A DNA stretch of 64,000 bases from a virus. Taxonomy: Duplodnaviria > Caudoviricetes. Shown piece after piece: positions 47,844 through 57,851 of the stretch. Position 1 is the first letter of the stretch; the number at the start of each line of letters is the position of its first letter. The notes beneath the pieces are model-generated. The model saw nothing but the letters and a program-made list of their open reading frames with translations, was not told the origin of the DNA and searched no databases. Position numbers and translations under genes: made by a program. The stretch lies in IMG/VR virus record IMGVR_UViG_2939319381_000001, positions 27,309-91,308 of that record; one strand, 5' to 3'.

Positions 47844-48928
47844 CCCCGAAGGCGTACAAGGCGGCGTCGGTGCGGCAGCTCGCTGCGGTGGTCGACGGCA
47901 TGGCCGGCACTGTGTCGGAGGGCCGGGTCCGGCAGTTGCGGATGGTCGTCGACATGTTCGGCCGTGCGGTGGGCCGGGACGAGATGCCGGTTCGGTCGGC
48001 CCGGTCGGCGGAGCAGTTGTTCACGTGGGCGGCGCTGCGTCCGTTCTGGGAGTTGGCGGCGGCCGGTGAGCTGCGGCACTGGGAGAAGGACATCGGGAAG
48101 CCGCTGCCGGTGACCACCTTGCGGGTGGTGCGGAACTGCTTGGAGATCCTGGCTGCCCGGGTGTTGCCGGCGGGGCGGCGGGTGCGGTTGCCGGAGCTGG
48201 AGGTGCCGGAGCTGAAGCCGACGGTGGACGGCCGGTCGTTGGCGGCCCTGTACCGGGGAATGGTGGATCTGGCCGGGCGGGGGCCGTTGGTACGGGATGG
48301 GACGGCGTTGTCGGTGGAGGACCGGGCGCGGACGTTGGCGATGGTCGCGGTGCTGTTGGACGCAGGGCCGCGGTCGGGTGAGATGGCTGCGCAGACGCTC
48401 GCGGATCTGGCGGCGGGTGAGGCGGCGGTGGGGGTCCGGCGGCGGTCGCAGCGCCGGGATGAGGCCCGGGTGGGCGAGGTCGCGGCGGTGACGGGGTTGC
48501 ATCCATCGACGGTGGCGAAGGTGTTGTCGGGGTTGGGTCATGACCGGTCGTTGGCGACGGAGGCCCGGGTGCTGGAGGCGGCGGCCGCGCTGGGGCCGGT
48601 GCCGGAGGTGGAGTGGTTCGAGCTGCGGGAGGGGTCCCGGGTCGCTGTGCGGCGGTGGCTGGAGGTGCGGGAGCGCCTGGTGTCGGAGGACGTGCCGTTG
48701 ACGGGGCAGCGGACCGCGTTGTGGGTGACGCTGTGGCCGTCGAAGGCGGGGCCGATCGGGATTCCGCTCAGCGCGCAGGGGTTGCGGCAGGGGTATGCGC
48801 GGGGGATCACGGCGCTCAACTGGGTGATGGCCGGCCAGTACGAGTGGGAGCCGTTGCCGACGACGATGGAGCAGGTCCGCCGGTCGGTGGACGTGGTGCC
48901 GCTGCTGGAGCCGCCGGGGGGCGTGTGA
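47840..48928 (+). CDS. Divergent tyrosine-recombinase-like protein with inserted LacI-type HTH
   Basis: 'LAMVAVLLDAGPRSGEM' box I; 'EVAAVTGLHPSTVAKVLSG...TEARVLEAAAALG'; no clear HxxR or C-terminal Tyr. Confidence 0.65.
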   Translation: MTPKAYKAASVRQLAAVVDGMAGTVSEGRVRQLRMVVDMFGRAVGRDEMPVRSARSAEQLFTWAALRPFWELAAAGELRHWEKDIGKPLPVTTLRVVRNCLEILAARVLPAGRRVRLPELEVPELKPTVDGRSLAALYRGMVDLAGRGPLVRDGTALSVEDRARTLAMVAVLLDAGPRSGEMAAQTLADLAAGEAAVGVRRRSQRRDEARVGEVAAVTGLHPSTVAKVLSGLGHDRSLATEARVLEAAAALGPVPEVEWFELREGSRVAVRRWLEVRERLVSEDVPLTGQRTALWVTLWPSKAGPIGIPLSAQGLRQGYARGITALNWVMAGQYEWEPLPTTMEQVRRSVDVVPLLEPPGGV

Positions 48929-48937
48929 GGGCGCGCT

Positions 48938-49282
48938 CTAGAGGCAGGCTCCGCCGTCATCTTCCCAGGTGCGGATAGGGAGTTCCTGGGCGCGCTTATG
49001 GCGCAGCCGCTTGTCAGATCGGGTTTCGCGCTTGCTCTGCTCTCGGTTTTCCAGCTTGCGGCGTCTCCTGCGGGCGTTCCGCGGTTCGCGTGCTTCGGCC
49101 TTGCGGCGGGCCTTGGCCCGGTCGCGTACGTGCCACCAGCCGCACATGCAGTGGTAGGCCTGGAAGGTCCCGCCGAACTCTTCTGTCATCGCCTGTGCTG
49201 CGATCTCGGCCCAGGCTTCGTTGAAGTGCTTCTGCTTTGTGCGGGTGGGGCACCATCGTGGCTTTCCGGGCCGTATCCGCAT
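48938..49282 (-). CDS. Basic hypothetical protein with Cys/His motif
   Basis: 'YHCMCGWWHV'. Confidence 0.6.
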   Translation of the reverse strand: MRIRPGKPRWCPTRTKQKHFNEAWAEIAAQAMTEEFGGTFQAYHCMCGWWHVRDRAKARRKAEAREPRNARRRRRKLENREQSKRETRSDKRLRHKRAQELPIRTWEDDGGACL

Positions 49283-49345
49283 GGCTGTTCTAAGACTCCG
49301 TGAGTGAGTTGATCGACATCGTAGCCGGAGGGGCGCACTTCGATG

Positions 49346-49552
49346 TCAGGTGCCGGGGAGGGTGTCCTGCTCCACCTCATGGGGTGCGGCGGCTTGTGGT
49401 CGGCGTGCGGCGTCGCAGTCCGGTCCGAGGCCGACGAGGCGTGAGGTGGGGGCGGTGAGTTCGCGGCCGCAGCGTCGGCAGTACCGGTGCCGGTACCCGG
49501 TGTTGGGGTCGTCGATGAGGGTGGGCTGCTGCTTCCGGTCGGTGCGGGCCAT
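49346..49552 (-). CDS. Small Zn-finger protein (DUF6011-like)
   Basis: 'CRRCGRELT...S...GLGPDC'. Confidence 0.7.
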   Translation of the reverse strand: MARTDRKQQPTLIDDPNTGYRHRYCRRCGRELTAPTSRLVGLGPDCDAARRPQAAAPHEVEQDTLPGT

Positions 49553-49681
49553 GGGTTCAGTGTCCAGTGTGGTGGCGGCTGGTGCGAGGGGCGGTCTACA
49601 ATCGCCGTGATCTCACGGTTGTGCCCGTGAGCGAGGCCACCGCCCCGTCCGGGTGGTGGCCTTCGGTGTCTCTGGCTGAGG

Positions 49682-50020
49682 CTAGAAGAACTTGGCCTTG
49701 CTGAAGGGGCACCCGCGCTGGTCTCGCCAGTGGACGCTGGACCTCGTCCGGGCACGCATCTGGTACAGCCCCGCCTGTGCGGGGCGGAGAGTGGCGTGCC
49801 GCCAGAAGTCCTCCATCGGCACTTCGACTCCCGCCTCCGTGAAGATTGTGACGCCGGGCGCATCCAGGAGCTTCCGCCAGGTATCCGTGCAGATGACCCC
49901 GGGCTCGTCGTGGGCCCGCCACAGGAACTCCCAGCCTCCGACGTGCTGGCCGATGTGGAGCCCTTCGCCGTCAGGGTCGCCGCCCGGGAAGGGTCCGAAG
50001 GCGTAGTAGTTGGTGGACAT
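49682..50020 (-). CDS. Hypothetical phage protein
   Basis: MSTNYY...'LHIGQ..GGWEF'; AGGAGG RBS. Confidence 0.7.
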   Translation of the reverse strand: MSTNYYAFGPFPGGDPDGEGLHIGQHVGGWEFLWRAHDEPGVICTDTWRKLLDAPGVTIFTEAGVEVPMEDFWRHATLRPAQAGLYQMRARTRSSVHWRDQRGCPFSKAKFF

Positions 50021-50033
50021 GGTTCCTCCTGTG

Positions 50034-50462
50034 TCAGGCGGCGAGGCTGGTGTGAGTCTGGTCGATGCGACGCGTCGGCAGGTAGTCGCGGCCGAGTTCG
50101 CGGGCGATGAGCTGTGCGGGGCTACGCACCACGATGACGGCACCAGCCGGGGTCGTTGCCTCCGGCCGGTCCAGGACGAATCCGATCCGGTGGACCGTAT
50201 ACGTGCGAACTCGGTCGACCCGGACGGTGCGGGCTTCGCCGGTGGCCCGGTCCATGCCCTTGATGACGATGCGCCCGTCGCGGGTGGTGCGGATGTCGTA
50301 GACCTCCAGCGAGCGGACGTCTTCGACGAGCTGGCCAGTCTTCTTCCCGGTGTCGTCCTTCTCCTCCTTGAGGAAGGAGAGCGTCACCACACGCTGCTTG
50401 TCGAGGGCCTTGTAGAGGTCGGTGAGGGTCTGGGTGAGCGTCTGCCGGTTGGTGTGTCGCAT
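50034..50462 (-). CDS. Stand-alone WYL-domain protein
   Basis: 'VTLSF...R.LEVY...GMDRATGEARTVRVDRV'. Confidence 0.7.
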   Translation of the reverse strand: MRHTNRQTLTQTLTDLYKALDKQRVVTLSFLKEEKDDTGKKTGQLVEDVRSLEVYDIRTTRDGRIVIKGMDRATGEARTVRVDRVRTYTVHRIGFVLDRPEATTPAGAVIVVRSPAQLIARELGRDYLPTRRIDQTHTSLAA

Positions 50463-50507
50463 CTGGTGCCCCCGCGTGTTGTGGTGTGCGACCACCATGA
50501 CACGAAA

Positions 50508-50526
50508 CATATTGCGATGCAATACG
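50508..50526. promoter_or_regulatory. Operator CATATTGC-N3-GCAATACG in divergent region
   Basis: Matches the palindrome at 586-604. Confidence 0.55.
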
Positions 50527-50617
50527 AATGCGGGTACTGTTGTCGTTGTCGGGACAGCCCCGACGGCAGACACCCCCATACCGTCTACCGTCTGCCAGAT
50601 GATTGGAGGAAACTGGC

Positions 50618-51445
50618 GTGGCCAACGCCCCCAAGAAGCGCCCGCCGACCAACACCAGCGGGCGTCCCCCGAGAGGACCCCGCCCCGTGACCACCGACCG
50701 CAACCTCCGCGCCGGCCTCACCGCAGCATCCGCCCGCCTCAAGGAAGTCAACTCCCCCGAGCTGGCCACCTACGTCGACACCGCCCTCGCCCTCGGCGCG
50801 TTCCGCATCCGCGAATCCGGCACCGGCGACAGCCTCTCCATCCGGCTCCCCGAGTCCGCACGCGACGCCATCGAGGACGCAGCCGACGACATGGGCGTCA
50901 CCAGCCTGAGCACCGTGGTCGACGAGGGGTTCCGCCGGTTCCTGGCCGGCGAGTTCACCGTCGGAGGCCGCACGTACGAGCGGCGCGGCACCGCGGAGAA
51001 GAAGGTCAACCTCAACGTCCGGCCGGCCGCCCTGCTCCGCGAGCAGGTCCTGGCAACCGGGACGTCGCCGATGCATGTGGCGGCGGACTACCTGATGCGG
51101 GTCTTCGAGACCGGCCCGTACAGGGTCGGTGACCGCGCCCAGGCCCTGGAGCCGGGCAGTGACCGCAACCCCACGGTCCCGCTCCCGGTCCGGGAGCGGA
51201 TCCGCGCCGCGTCGGCCGGCCTGGCGTCGGTGCACATCGAGGAGGGCTTCCAGAAGTTCCTCGACGGCGAGTTCACCCCGGCCGCCCCGGTGTGGCCGGC
51301 GGGCGCCGAGCTGGTGCCGTTGCGGGTCCGCCCGAACAACGCCCTCTTCGACCAGGTGGCCGCGGCGACTGATCTGCGGCCGATGCAGGTCGGGATCGCG
51401 TACCTGCTGCACAAGTACGGCATCGACCCCACGGCTACCTCGTAG
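50618..51445 (+). CDS. Putative DNA-binding protein with duplicated RHH-like modules
   Basis: Internal duplication 'DEGFRRFLAGEFT' / 'EEGFQKFLDGEFT'. Confidence 0.6.
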   Translation: MANAPKKRPPTNTSGRPPRGPRPVTTDRNLRAGLTAASARLKEVNSPELATYVDTALALGAFRIRESGTGDSLSIRLPESARDAIEDAADDMGVTSLSTVVDEGFRRFLAGEFTVGGRTYERRGTAEKKVNLNVRPAALLREQVLATGTSPMHVAADYLMRVFETGPYRVGDRAQALEPGSDRNPTVPLPVRERIRAASAGLASVHIEEGFQKFLDGEFTPAAPVWPAGAELVPLRVRPNNALFDQVAAATDLRPMQVGIAYLLHKYGIDPTATS

Positions 51446-51523
51446 CCGAACCCGTGACGGGGTGGGTTCGGGCGCCGACAACCGGACCTGCCCCCGCACA
51501 GCGATAACCCCATAGGAGACCTC

Positions 51524-52519
51524 ATGGCCCCGGCCACCGAGGCCCCCGCCAGCGTCACGGCGGAGGGCCCCACCTCGCACACCCAAAACCAGGCTGTTCC
51601 CACCATCTACCAGCTCATGGCCCTGGTCATGCGCGACGTCCGAGACGTCGGCAAGAACGGCTTCAACGACCACCAGAAGTACAAGTTCCGTGGTGTCGAC
51701 GACTTCATCGGCGCCCTCGCCCAGCCGCTCCGCGACCACGGCGTGTTCATGATGACGGAGATCCTCGACTTCCAGACCTCGGTGCGCGGGAAGATGAACG
51801 CCGTCCACATGCGGGTCGCGTTCCACTTCCACGGCCCGGCTGGCGACAAGGTCACCACCAGCACGCTGGGCGAGGCGTCCGACACTGCGGACAAGGCGTC
51901 GAACAAGGCGATGTCCGCGGCGCTGAAGTACGCCCTGATGCAGACGTTCATGATCCCGGTCGATTCGGGCTCGCTGGACGACGGGGACCGGGACCACCCG
52001 GTGGGGCAGCGGTCACCGGCCGACGTGTACATGGAGCGGTTGCGGAAGCCTGCGGTGTGGAACAACGTGACGGCACTGACCGCGATGCACGCGGAAGCGA
52101 AGGGTGACGGCCTTCTGGGTTCGGCGGTGCAGGGTGCAAACGGGGAGACAACGCTGGGAGAGCTCATCGTGTCCCGCGGGAAGCAGCTGAAGGATGAGCT
52201 GGCGGCCCGGGAGGAACGCCGGGCGGAGGAGGCTCCTACGGCGGCCGCGCAGGTCGCTGCCGAGCACGCCAGCGGGTTGGGGCCGGTCGACCAGTTGATG
52301 GTGCAGATCCAGCGGAACTGGAACGACACCGACGGGCTGACGCGAGACATGGCCGAGGCCAAACGCCGGAATCTGCTGCATCAGCAGGTCGACGGCCCGC
52401 ACAACAACATCGTCCAGCTCGAAGCCATGCTGAGCACCCGCATCAAGGAGCTGAAGGAGCTGGCCGCCAAGGCCGAGCAGGCCGCCCACGCCGACACCCG
52501 CGAGAGGAGCGTCGCCTGA
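51524..52519 (+). CDS. ERF-family single-strand annealing protein
   Basis: '[17 protein letters not shown]...HGV', '[16 protein letters not shown]'. Confidence 0.85.
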   Translation: MAPATEAPASVTAEGPTSHTQNQAVPTIYQLMALVMRDVRDVGKNGFNDHQKYKFRGVDDFIGALAQPLRDHGVFMMTEILDFQTSVRGKMNAVHMRVAFHFHGPAGDKVTTSTLGEASDTADKASNKAMSAALKYALMQTFMIPVDSGSLDDGDRDHPVGQRSPADVYMERLRKPAVWNNVTALTAMHAEAKGDGLLGSAVQGANGETTLGELIVSRGKQLKDELAAREERRAEEAPTAAAQVAAEHASGLGPVDQLMVQIQRNWNDTDGLTRDMAEAKRRNLLHQQVDGPHNNIVQLEAMLSTRIKELKELAAKAEQAAHADTRERSVA

Positions 52520-53664
52520 TGGCTTTCGCGACCGCGTGGGCCCCGCAGCAGAAGGGCATTGTTCTGGACGGGTGCGCGGGCCCCGGCGGCTGGTCGGACG
52601 GCATCAGCCGGTTCCTCGGGATCCGGGACCTGGGCCTGGAGTGGGACACCGCGGCGTGCGGCACGCGGAGGGCAGCCGGGCACTCCACAGTGCAGGTCGA
52701 CGTGTCCCAGTTCGTTCTCCGCCCGCTGGTCGGGATGGTGTGGGGGCTGCTGATGTCGCCGCCCTGCACTCTGTTCTCCGACGCCGGCACCAGGGTGGGC
52801 CGCCTGGTCCTCGGTGTGCTGGCTGAGGGGGTTCGGCGTCTCATGGCTGGCGAGGACTGCCGGGCGGAGATCCGTGGCCGGGTGTATCCGGTGGCGCTGG
52901 CCGAGCAGGAGGCCCGGAACGCGAAGCGCCCGGAGGACAAGCGGTGGACACCGGAACGGGTTGAGGCCGCGGCCCGGGAAGATGCGTTCGTTGCGTGCCT
53001 GATTCTGGAGCCTGCCCGGTACCTGCACGCCCTGCTCTCCGCTTCTGACCCGGCGGTTCCTTTCGAGTGGGCGGCGTTTGAGCAGGTCCCGGCGGCGTTG
53101 CCGGTGTGGGAGGTGTACGCGCAGGAACTTCGTGCCCGCGGCTGGTCGGTGTGGGCCGGGGTGCTGAACGCGGCGGACTACGGGGTGGGGCAGTCCCGCC
53201 GCCGCGCGGTCCTGATCGCATCGGGGGTGCGGCAGGTGTTCCCGCCGGAGCCGACGCACACGGAGCACGGTGGCGGGGAGGACCTGTTCGGCGGGAACAC
53301 GCCGCGGTGGCGGTCGATGGCCGAGGCGATCGGCCGCGGGGTTACGGACCGGCCGGCGCCGACGGTGACGTCGGGCGGGGCGAAGACCGGGGGCGCGGAA
53401 CCGTTCCCGACGAACGCCCGGAAGATCCTGACCGACGCCCAGGCCCGCGGGGCGTGGGCGGGCCCGCCCAGCACCCGTATCAGTGTCGCCGAGGCCGGAC
53501 TCCTCCAGTCGTTCCCCGCGGACTACCCGTGGCAGGGCGGCAAGAACAAGGGCCACGAGCAGGCGGGGAACGCTGTACCGCCTCTGCTGGCTGCGCACGT
53601 GGTGTCCGCGGCCACCAAGATCCCCGTCCGGGTTCCGGACCGGGCGCCCGCGATCGCCGCCTGA
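52519..53664 (+). CDS. DNA (cytosine-5) methyltransferase
   Basis: 'AGPGG', 'SPPC', 'EQV', 'YGVGQSRRR', 'QAGNAVPP'. Confidence 0.9.
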   Translation: MAFATAWAPQQKGIVLDGCAGPGGWSDGISRFLGIRDLGLEWDTAACGTRRAAGHSTVQVDVSQFVLRPLVGMVWGLLMSPPCTLFSDAGTRVGRLVLGVLAEGVRRLMAGEDCRAEIRGRVYPVALAEQEARNAKRPEDKRWTPERVEAAAREDAFVACLILEPARYLHALLSASDPAVPFEWAAFEQVPAALPVWEVYAQELRARGWSVWAGVLNAADYGVGQSRRRAVLIASGVRQVFPPEPTHTEHGGGEDLFGGNTPRWRSMAEAIGRGVTDRPAPTVTSGGAKTGGAEPFPTNARKILTDAQARGAWAGPPSTRISVAEAGLLQSFPADYPWQGGKNKGHEQAGNAVPPLLAAHVVSAATKIPVRVPDRAPAIAA

Positions 53665-53742
53665 TCCACCTACCCGCAGACCACCGGCCGGTCCCGCCAC
53701 GGGGCCGGCCGTTCCATTCCCCATGCCTTGAGGAGGCCCACT

Positions 53743-53982
53743 GTGGTCATCGTCGTGTCGTACACCGTCGTGTTCCTGGTCGTGGCCTCTCCGATCGGTG
53801 TGGCCCTGTGGCGGTGCTTGACGGGCCGGATGCCTGAGCAGCCGGAGCCGTACGTACGCCACCGGCGCCCGGACGGGCGTGAGGAGGAGGTCGTGGTGGC
53901 GGAGTCCATCGTCCGTACCGCGTACACCGGCCTGGCCCCGCTGTACGACACCCCCACCCCGCCCGGGCCCGGCCCGCGGTGA
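53743..53982 (+). CDS. Small membrane protein
   Basis: GAGGAGG RBS; N-terminal TM. Confidence 0.55.
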   Translation: MVIVVSYTVVFLVVASPIGVALWRCLTGRMPEQPEPYVRHRRPDGREEEVVVAESIVRTAYTGLAPLYDTPTPPGPGPR

Positions 53983-54032
53983 CCCGAGCAAGACCCATGA
54001 CCGAGCTGTTCCGGCGCCCCGGAGAGGAGGCG

Positions 54033-54359
54033 ATGACTGTGACCGATACCGAACGCACCCTCGCCGTGGCTGCGGGGGCGGCTGTGGTCCTGGCGGTGTG
54101 TGCCGGCCGGGTGTGGTGGCGACTGCGTGCGGTGGAGCGGGTGCTGCGCCGGGAGCGGGCGGCGGTGCTCCTGACGGACGCCGTCCAACACCGCGACATG
54201 GAGGCGCTCAGGCGGCGTCTAGCCCGAGCGGTCGCCGACCAGGCCGCCGCGGACCAGCTGATGCGCGAGCTCGCCGTCGTCGAGGCCGCCGACGCGATCG
54301 TCACCGCGGCGCTTGCCCGGACCACCCGTTACAACCCGCAGGAAGGGGACACCCCGTGA
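54033..54359 (+). CDS. Membrane-anchored coiled-coil protein
   Basis: GGAGG RBS; TM followed by helix. Confidence 0.6.
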   Translation: MTVTDTERTLAVAAGAAVVLAVCAGRVWWRLRAVERVLRRERAAVLLTDAVQHRDMEALRRRLARAVADQAAADQLMRELAVVEAADAIVTAALARTTRYNPQEGDTP

Positions 54360-55333
54360 CCACAGCAATCGATGCGATCGCCGCCCGGCAGCACATGGTG
54401 GACGACCGGCACTACAAATACCGCGGGTGCGCCCCCGACCCCGACATGCCGGGCATGAGCGCGGGGGACCCGGATGTGCCGCTGGACGCGTGGGGTCCGT
54501 ACACGGATGACGGTGCGGAGGCACAGAAGACCCGGCTGGACCGGGAGCGTTCGGCGTTGGCGATCTGCGGCCGGTGTCCGGTCCTCGCCCTGTGCCGCAC
54601 CTACGCCAACACCACCACCGTGGAGATCGACGCGTCCGGCCGGCAGATCGAGCGGCTCGTCGAACCCGAGAGCATCCTCGGCGGGGAGCTGGCCCTCACC
54701 CGGCACCGGGCACTGATCGCCCGCCGCCACGACACCACCACCGCGGCCCCCGTCCCGGCACCGGTCGCCGACGACATGGCGAAAGCCCGCACCCCGCAGC
54801 GCCGCGCCCTCCTCCTCGCCCTCGCACGGGAGACGGACCCGGAGCGCGTCGCCGCCCTCGCGGGCATGGACCTGCGGACCGCGAACTGGCACCGCTCCGC
54901 CCTGGTGGGGATGTTGGGGCTGGACCCGGCCCGGGCGACCCGCGACCAGCTCCTCGCCGCCGCAGTGGAGAACCGGCTGATCCCCCGCTCGACGCGCCTG
55001 CGCCCGGACGGGCCGTGGCCGTACGCCGCGGCGCCGACGGCGGACGGGGTAAGGCAACGGCGGATCGCCCCCCGCCGGCCGGTGCAGCTGATGCTGCCCG
55101 CCCTGGAGGACATGCCCCGCCACCCCCGCCCCGCACCGCAGTCGGGCCCCACGGTCCGGGTGGTACCCGCCGGCCCCCGCGGGGCTGCTGGGGCGCGGTC
55201 GGGCGCGGTGCAGCTGCGCTTCGTGTTCCTCACCCCGACCACCAGCCCCATGGCGGCCGCCGTACTACCCCCGGCCCCGCGCGGCCGCCGCCGCACCACC
55301 GCCCCGTCGACCGCCCTGGAGCCCGCCGCATGA
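54356..55333 (+). CDS. WhiB-like protein with additional HTH
   Basis: C...'AICGRCPVLALC'...'ILGGE...R' followed by an HTH-like segment. Confidence 0.65.
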   Translation: MTTAIDAIAARQHMVDDRHYKYRGCAPDPDMPGMSAGDPDVPLDAWGPYTDDGAEAQKTRLDRERSALAICGRCPVLALCRTYANTTTVEIDASGRQIERLVEPESILGGELALTRHRALIARRHDTTTAAPVPAPVADDMAKARTPQRRALLLALARETDPERVAALAGMDLRTANWHRSALVGMLGLDPARATRDQLLAAAVENRLIPRSTRLRPDGPWPYAAAPTADGVRQRRIAPRRPVQLMLPALEDMPRHPRPAPQSGPTVRVVPAGPRGAAGARSGAVQLRFVFLTPTTSPMAAAVLPPAPRGRRRTTAPSTALEPAA

Positions 55334-55737
55334 ACCAGCCCACCCCTCCCACAGCCACCGCGAAGGACGAGGACATCCTCGCGTGGCTGGACCGCACCAT
55401 CAGCGAACGGGAAGCTGTTGCCGTCGCCGCCCTCAATCACGGGCGTGGGTCAGCATGGCGTGCCAACGGCGCAACTGTGGAGATCGCGACCGCCCAAGCC
55501 GTCTATATGGACGTGTTCGAGGAGACGGTCGTCTTCAACGAGGGCTCGCCCACTGAAGAGCAGGCCGCCCACATCGCCGCCAACGACCCGCAGTCGGTCC
55601 TGCGTCGCTGCGCCGCCGACCGGAGGATGATCGGCCTGATGGCCACGGAGACCAGCGAGACCGGCGGGAAACCCCTCGCCAGTCGCCTGCTGCGCCACCT
55701 CGCGGAGGGCTACGGCTGGACGGAGGCCCCCCGATGA
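55330..55737 (+). CDS. Hypothetical protein (second DUF6221-like)
   Basis: 'HIAANDPQSVLR...LRHLAEGYGW'. Confidence 0.65.
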   Translation: MNQPTPPTATAKDEDILAWLDRTISEREAVAVAALNHGRGSAWRANGATVEIATAQAVYMDVFEETVVFNEGSPTEEQAAHIAANDPQSVLRRCAADRRMIGLMATETSETGGKPLASRLLRHLAEGYGWTEAPR

Positions 55738-56159
55738 CCACGCCCAGCGCCACGCCCACCCCGGCGGCGCCCGACGCCCCGTCACCGGCCCACGTCGACC
55801 GCGCCCTCGCCGACCGGTGCCAGTCCTCCGGGGACTACATCGCCGGACTCCTCGCCGCCGGACACCTCGAAGCCGCTGGCACCGTACGGAAGCTCCCCGC
55901 CGCCCTGTTCCCGGACTGGGACCCCGACATGGTCCAGGCCGTGTGGGACGCGGCCCTCCCGGTGGGGTTCCAGGCAGGGAAACTCTCCGTACGCCCAACG
56001 TGGACCCCCGACGCCCTGCACCGGCTCCAGGACCTCATGACCGAAGCGGGGTTCGTGGCGATGGGGCGCCTGGCCGCACGGTCCGCCGCCCTCCACCCAC
56101 CCCGACACCCCGCCGACACCGAGGGCCTCACCGCGGTGCGGGACGGGGGCCACCCGTGA
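55734..56159 (+). CDS. Hypothetical protein
   Basis: Coupled ORF. Confidence 0.6.
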   Translation: MTTPSATPTPAAPDAPSPAHVDRALADRCQSSGDYIAGLLAAGHLEAAGTVRKLPAALFPDWDPDMVQAVWDAALPVGFQAGKLSVRPTWTPDALHRLQDLMTEAGFVAMGRLAARSAALHPPRHPADTEGLTAVRDGGHP

Positions 56160-56590
56160 CCGCCCCCCGCCGCGGCCGCGGCCGGCCCACCGTGTTCGAC
56201 ACCCCCACCCAAGCCGCCTACCTCCAAGCAGTCCGCAGCGGGATGCGCCTCGGGGACGCCGCCACCCACATCGGCGTCAACCGGGTTGTGCCCGCCCGGT
56301 ACGCCCGTGCCGACCGGGAGTTCGGTGTGCTGCTGGATGAGGCGAAGGCGCTGGGGGCGAAGGTGCGGGTGGAGAACCTGCCGCACGACGAGTACCGGTA
56401 CAACGTGCTGAAGTGCCGGTGTGAGGTGTGCACCCGGGCCGCACGGGTCGGCCGCGCCGGGCGACGCACGGACACGACCGCCGACGAACCACCGGGCGCC
56501 GAGGTCGCGGGGGCTGTTCACCCGATCCGGGCGGAAGCGGCTGGAGTTGGCGAGTCTTCTACTTCCTTTTTGCTGGCCAGGGCGTCTTGA
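56156..56590 (+). CDS. HTH + Zn-binding hypothetical protein
   Basis: 'RGRPT..', 'DAATHIGVNR', 'H..Y...KCRCEVC'. Confidence 0.6.
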   Translation: MTAPRRGRGRPTVFDTPTQAAYLQAVRSGMRLGDAATHIGVNRVVPARYARADREFGVLLDEAKALGAKVRVENLPHDEYRYNVLKCRCEVCTRAARVGRAGRRTDTTADEPPGAEVAGAVHPIRAEAAGVGESSTSFLLARAS

Positions 56591-56606
56591 GGGGTGCCAG
56601 GCCAAG

Positions 56607-56660
56607 TGAGCATGATCACGTTATTAAAGTCGCAAAAGTATAGGACAAGCCCGCAGGTCC
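56607..56660 (-). repeat. Right arm of 54-bp inverted repeat
   Basis: Complementary to 43910-43963. Confidence 0.9.
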
Positions 56661-57032
56661 GTACGGCTGTGCGATGAGCTGCATATCTGACGACAAGTCC
56701 GATGAGCGAACACGATCAGCGAGGAGGCAGACAGTGACGGGACGAACCGGTAAGCTGCGCTTGACGCCAGACGACCACTCAGAAACGAGCCAGGTCCGAC
56801 GGGGTCCCCAGAACGTCAGAAGGCCCCGCTTGCTGCAGTGCAGCAGTCCGGATGCGGCAAACATCCAGACGCGGGGCCTGACGACACCAACCCGATACGA
56901 AGCGATTGAAGGTGCCGACATGGCGAAGCGTACCCGGGGACCCGACCCCGCAGACAGTAGGCCCCGCAGTTCCGGCGTGAAGATCACACCGCCGACGCAC
57001 GCGGGCCCTGTCACCACTACCTGCACCACACG

Positions 57033-57851
57033 ATGAGCCCCGACGACCGGGACGGCATGCTCCGCTACGACGAGCTGACGTCCCGAGTCTTCAGCGAGCG
57101 CCGGATGCCGTCCGGCACCCGCGATCTCCTCCTCGCTCTCGGCTGGGTCACCCTTCGCGATCCCCGCCGACACGACCCCACTCTCGGCGTCTGGGTCCGC
57201 ACGCGGGACGTCCTCAACGCCGACAACAAGCGCATGTGGCAGCTCATCACCGAGGACGTTCCGCGCTACGACTCCAACCTCCACGACGACTCGCCCATGG
57301 GCTGCCAGGCCCCGATGATCCGGGCGAAGCGCCTGTGCGGCCGGTCGACCATGCACGGGTTCTCCGAGTGCGACCCGGCCACCGGCTGGTCCCGGTACTG
57401 GGGGTTCTGCAACCGACCGCGCTGCCGCGAGTACATGGCCCCGATCTGGGAGCGCTCGCGCGGCAGCCACAAGCGGGCACCCGAGCCCATCCCGAACGCC
57501 GGGGGCCTCCTGCCGCTGTTCTTCTCCTGGAACTGGGAGTCGAAGTACCGCAAGGCCATGGAGCTGATCAAGTACCACTCCTCGTGGGAACCGCCGGGCT
57601 ACGGCCTGTCCGCCGACGAATGGCCCACCGTCCCCGGCACGGAACCCGTCGAAGCATTCCCCAAGCTCCGGCTGGCCACCTCCGGCGGTGACGTGGTCAC
57701 CAAGGCCGACGCCCCAACTCAGGTCGCTCCGGCCATGGTGACGGCCAAGGCGAACCTTCTTGCCGAGTTCCGGCGCAACCAGTTTTCCGTGGTGGACCTT
57801 CCACGGCAGACATCACCCAGCAAGGCGAGCCGGACGGAGGACGAGCGATGA
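57033..57851 (+). CDS. Hypothetical protein
   Basis: Coding-like codon bias; ends in the junction repeat (KASRTEDER). Confidence 0.7.
   Translation: MSPDDRDGMLRYDELTSRVFSERRMPSGTRDLLLALGWVTLRDPRRHDPTLGVWVRTRDVLNADNKRMWQLITEDVPRYDSNLHDDSPMGCQAPMIRAKRLCGRSTMHGFSECDPATGWSRYWGFCNRPRCREYMAPIWERSRGSHKRAPEPIPNAGGLLPLFFSWNWESKYRKAMELIKYHSSWEPPGYGLSADEWPTVPGTEPVEAFPKLRLATSGGDVVTKADAPTQVAPAMVTAKANLLAEFRRNQFSVVDLPRQTSPSKASRTEDER

Noticed and set aside
52519-53664. Restriction-modification system
   Set aside because: No adjacent restriction endonuclease; it looks like an orphan phage methyltransferase
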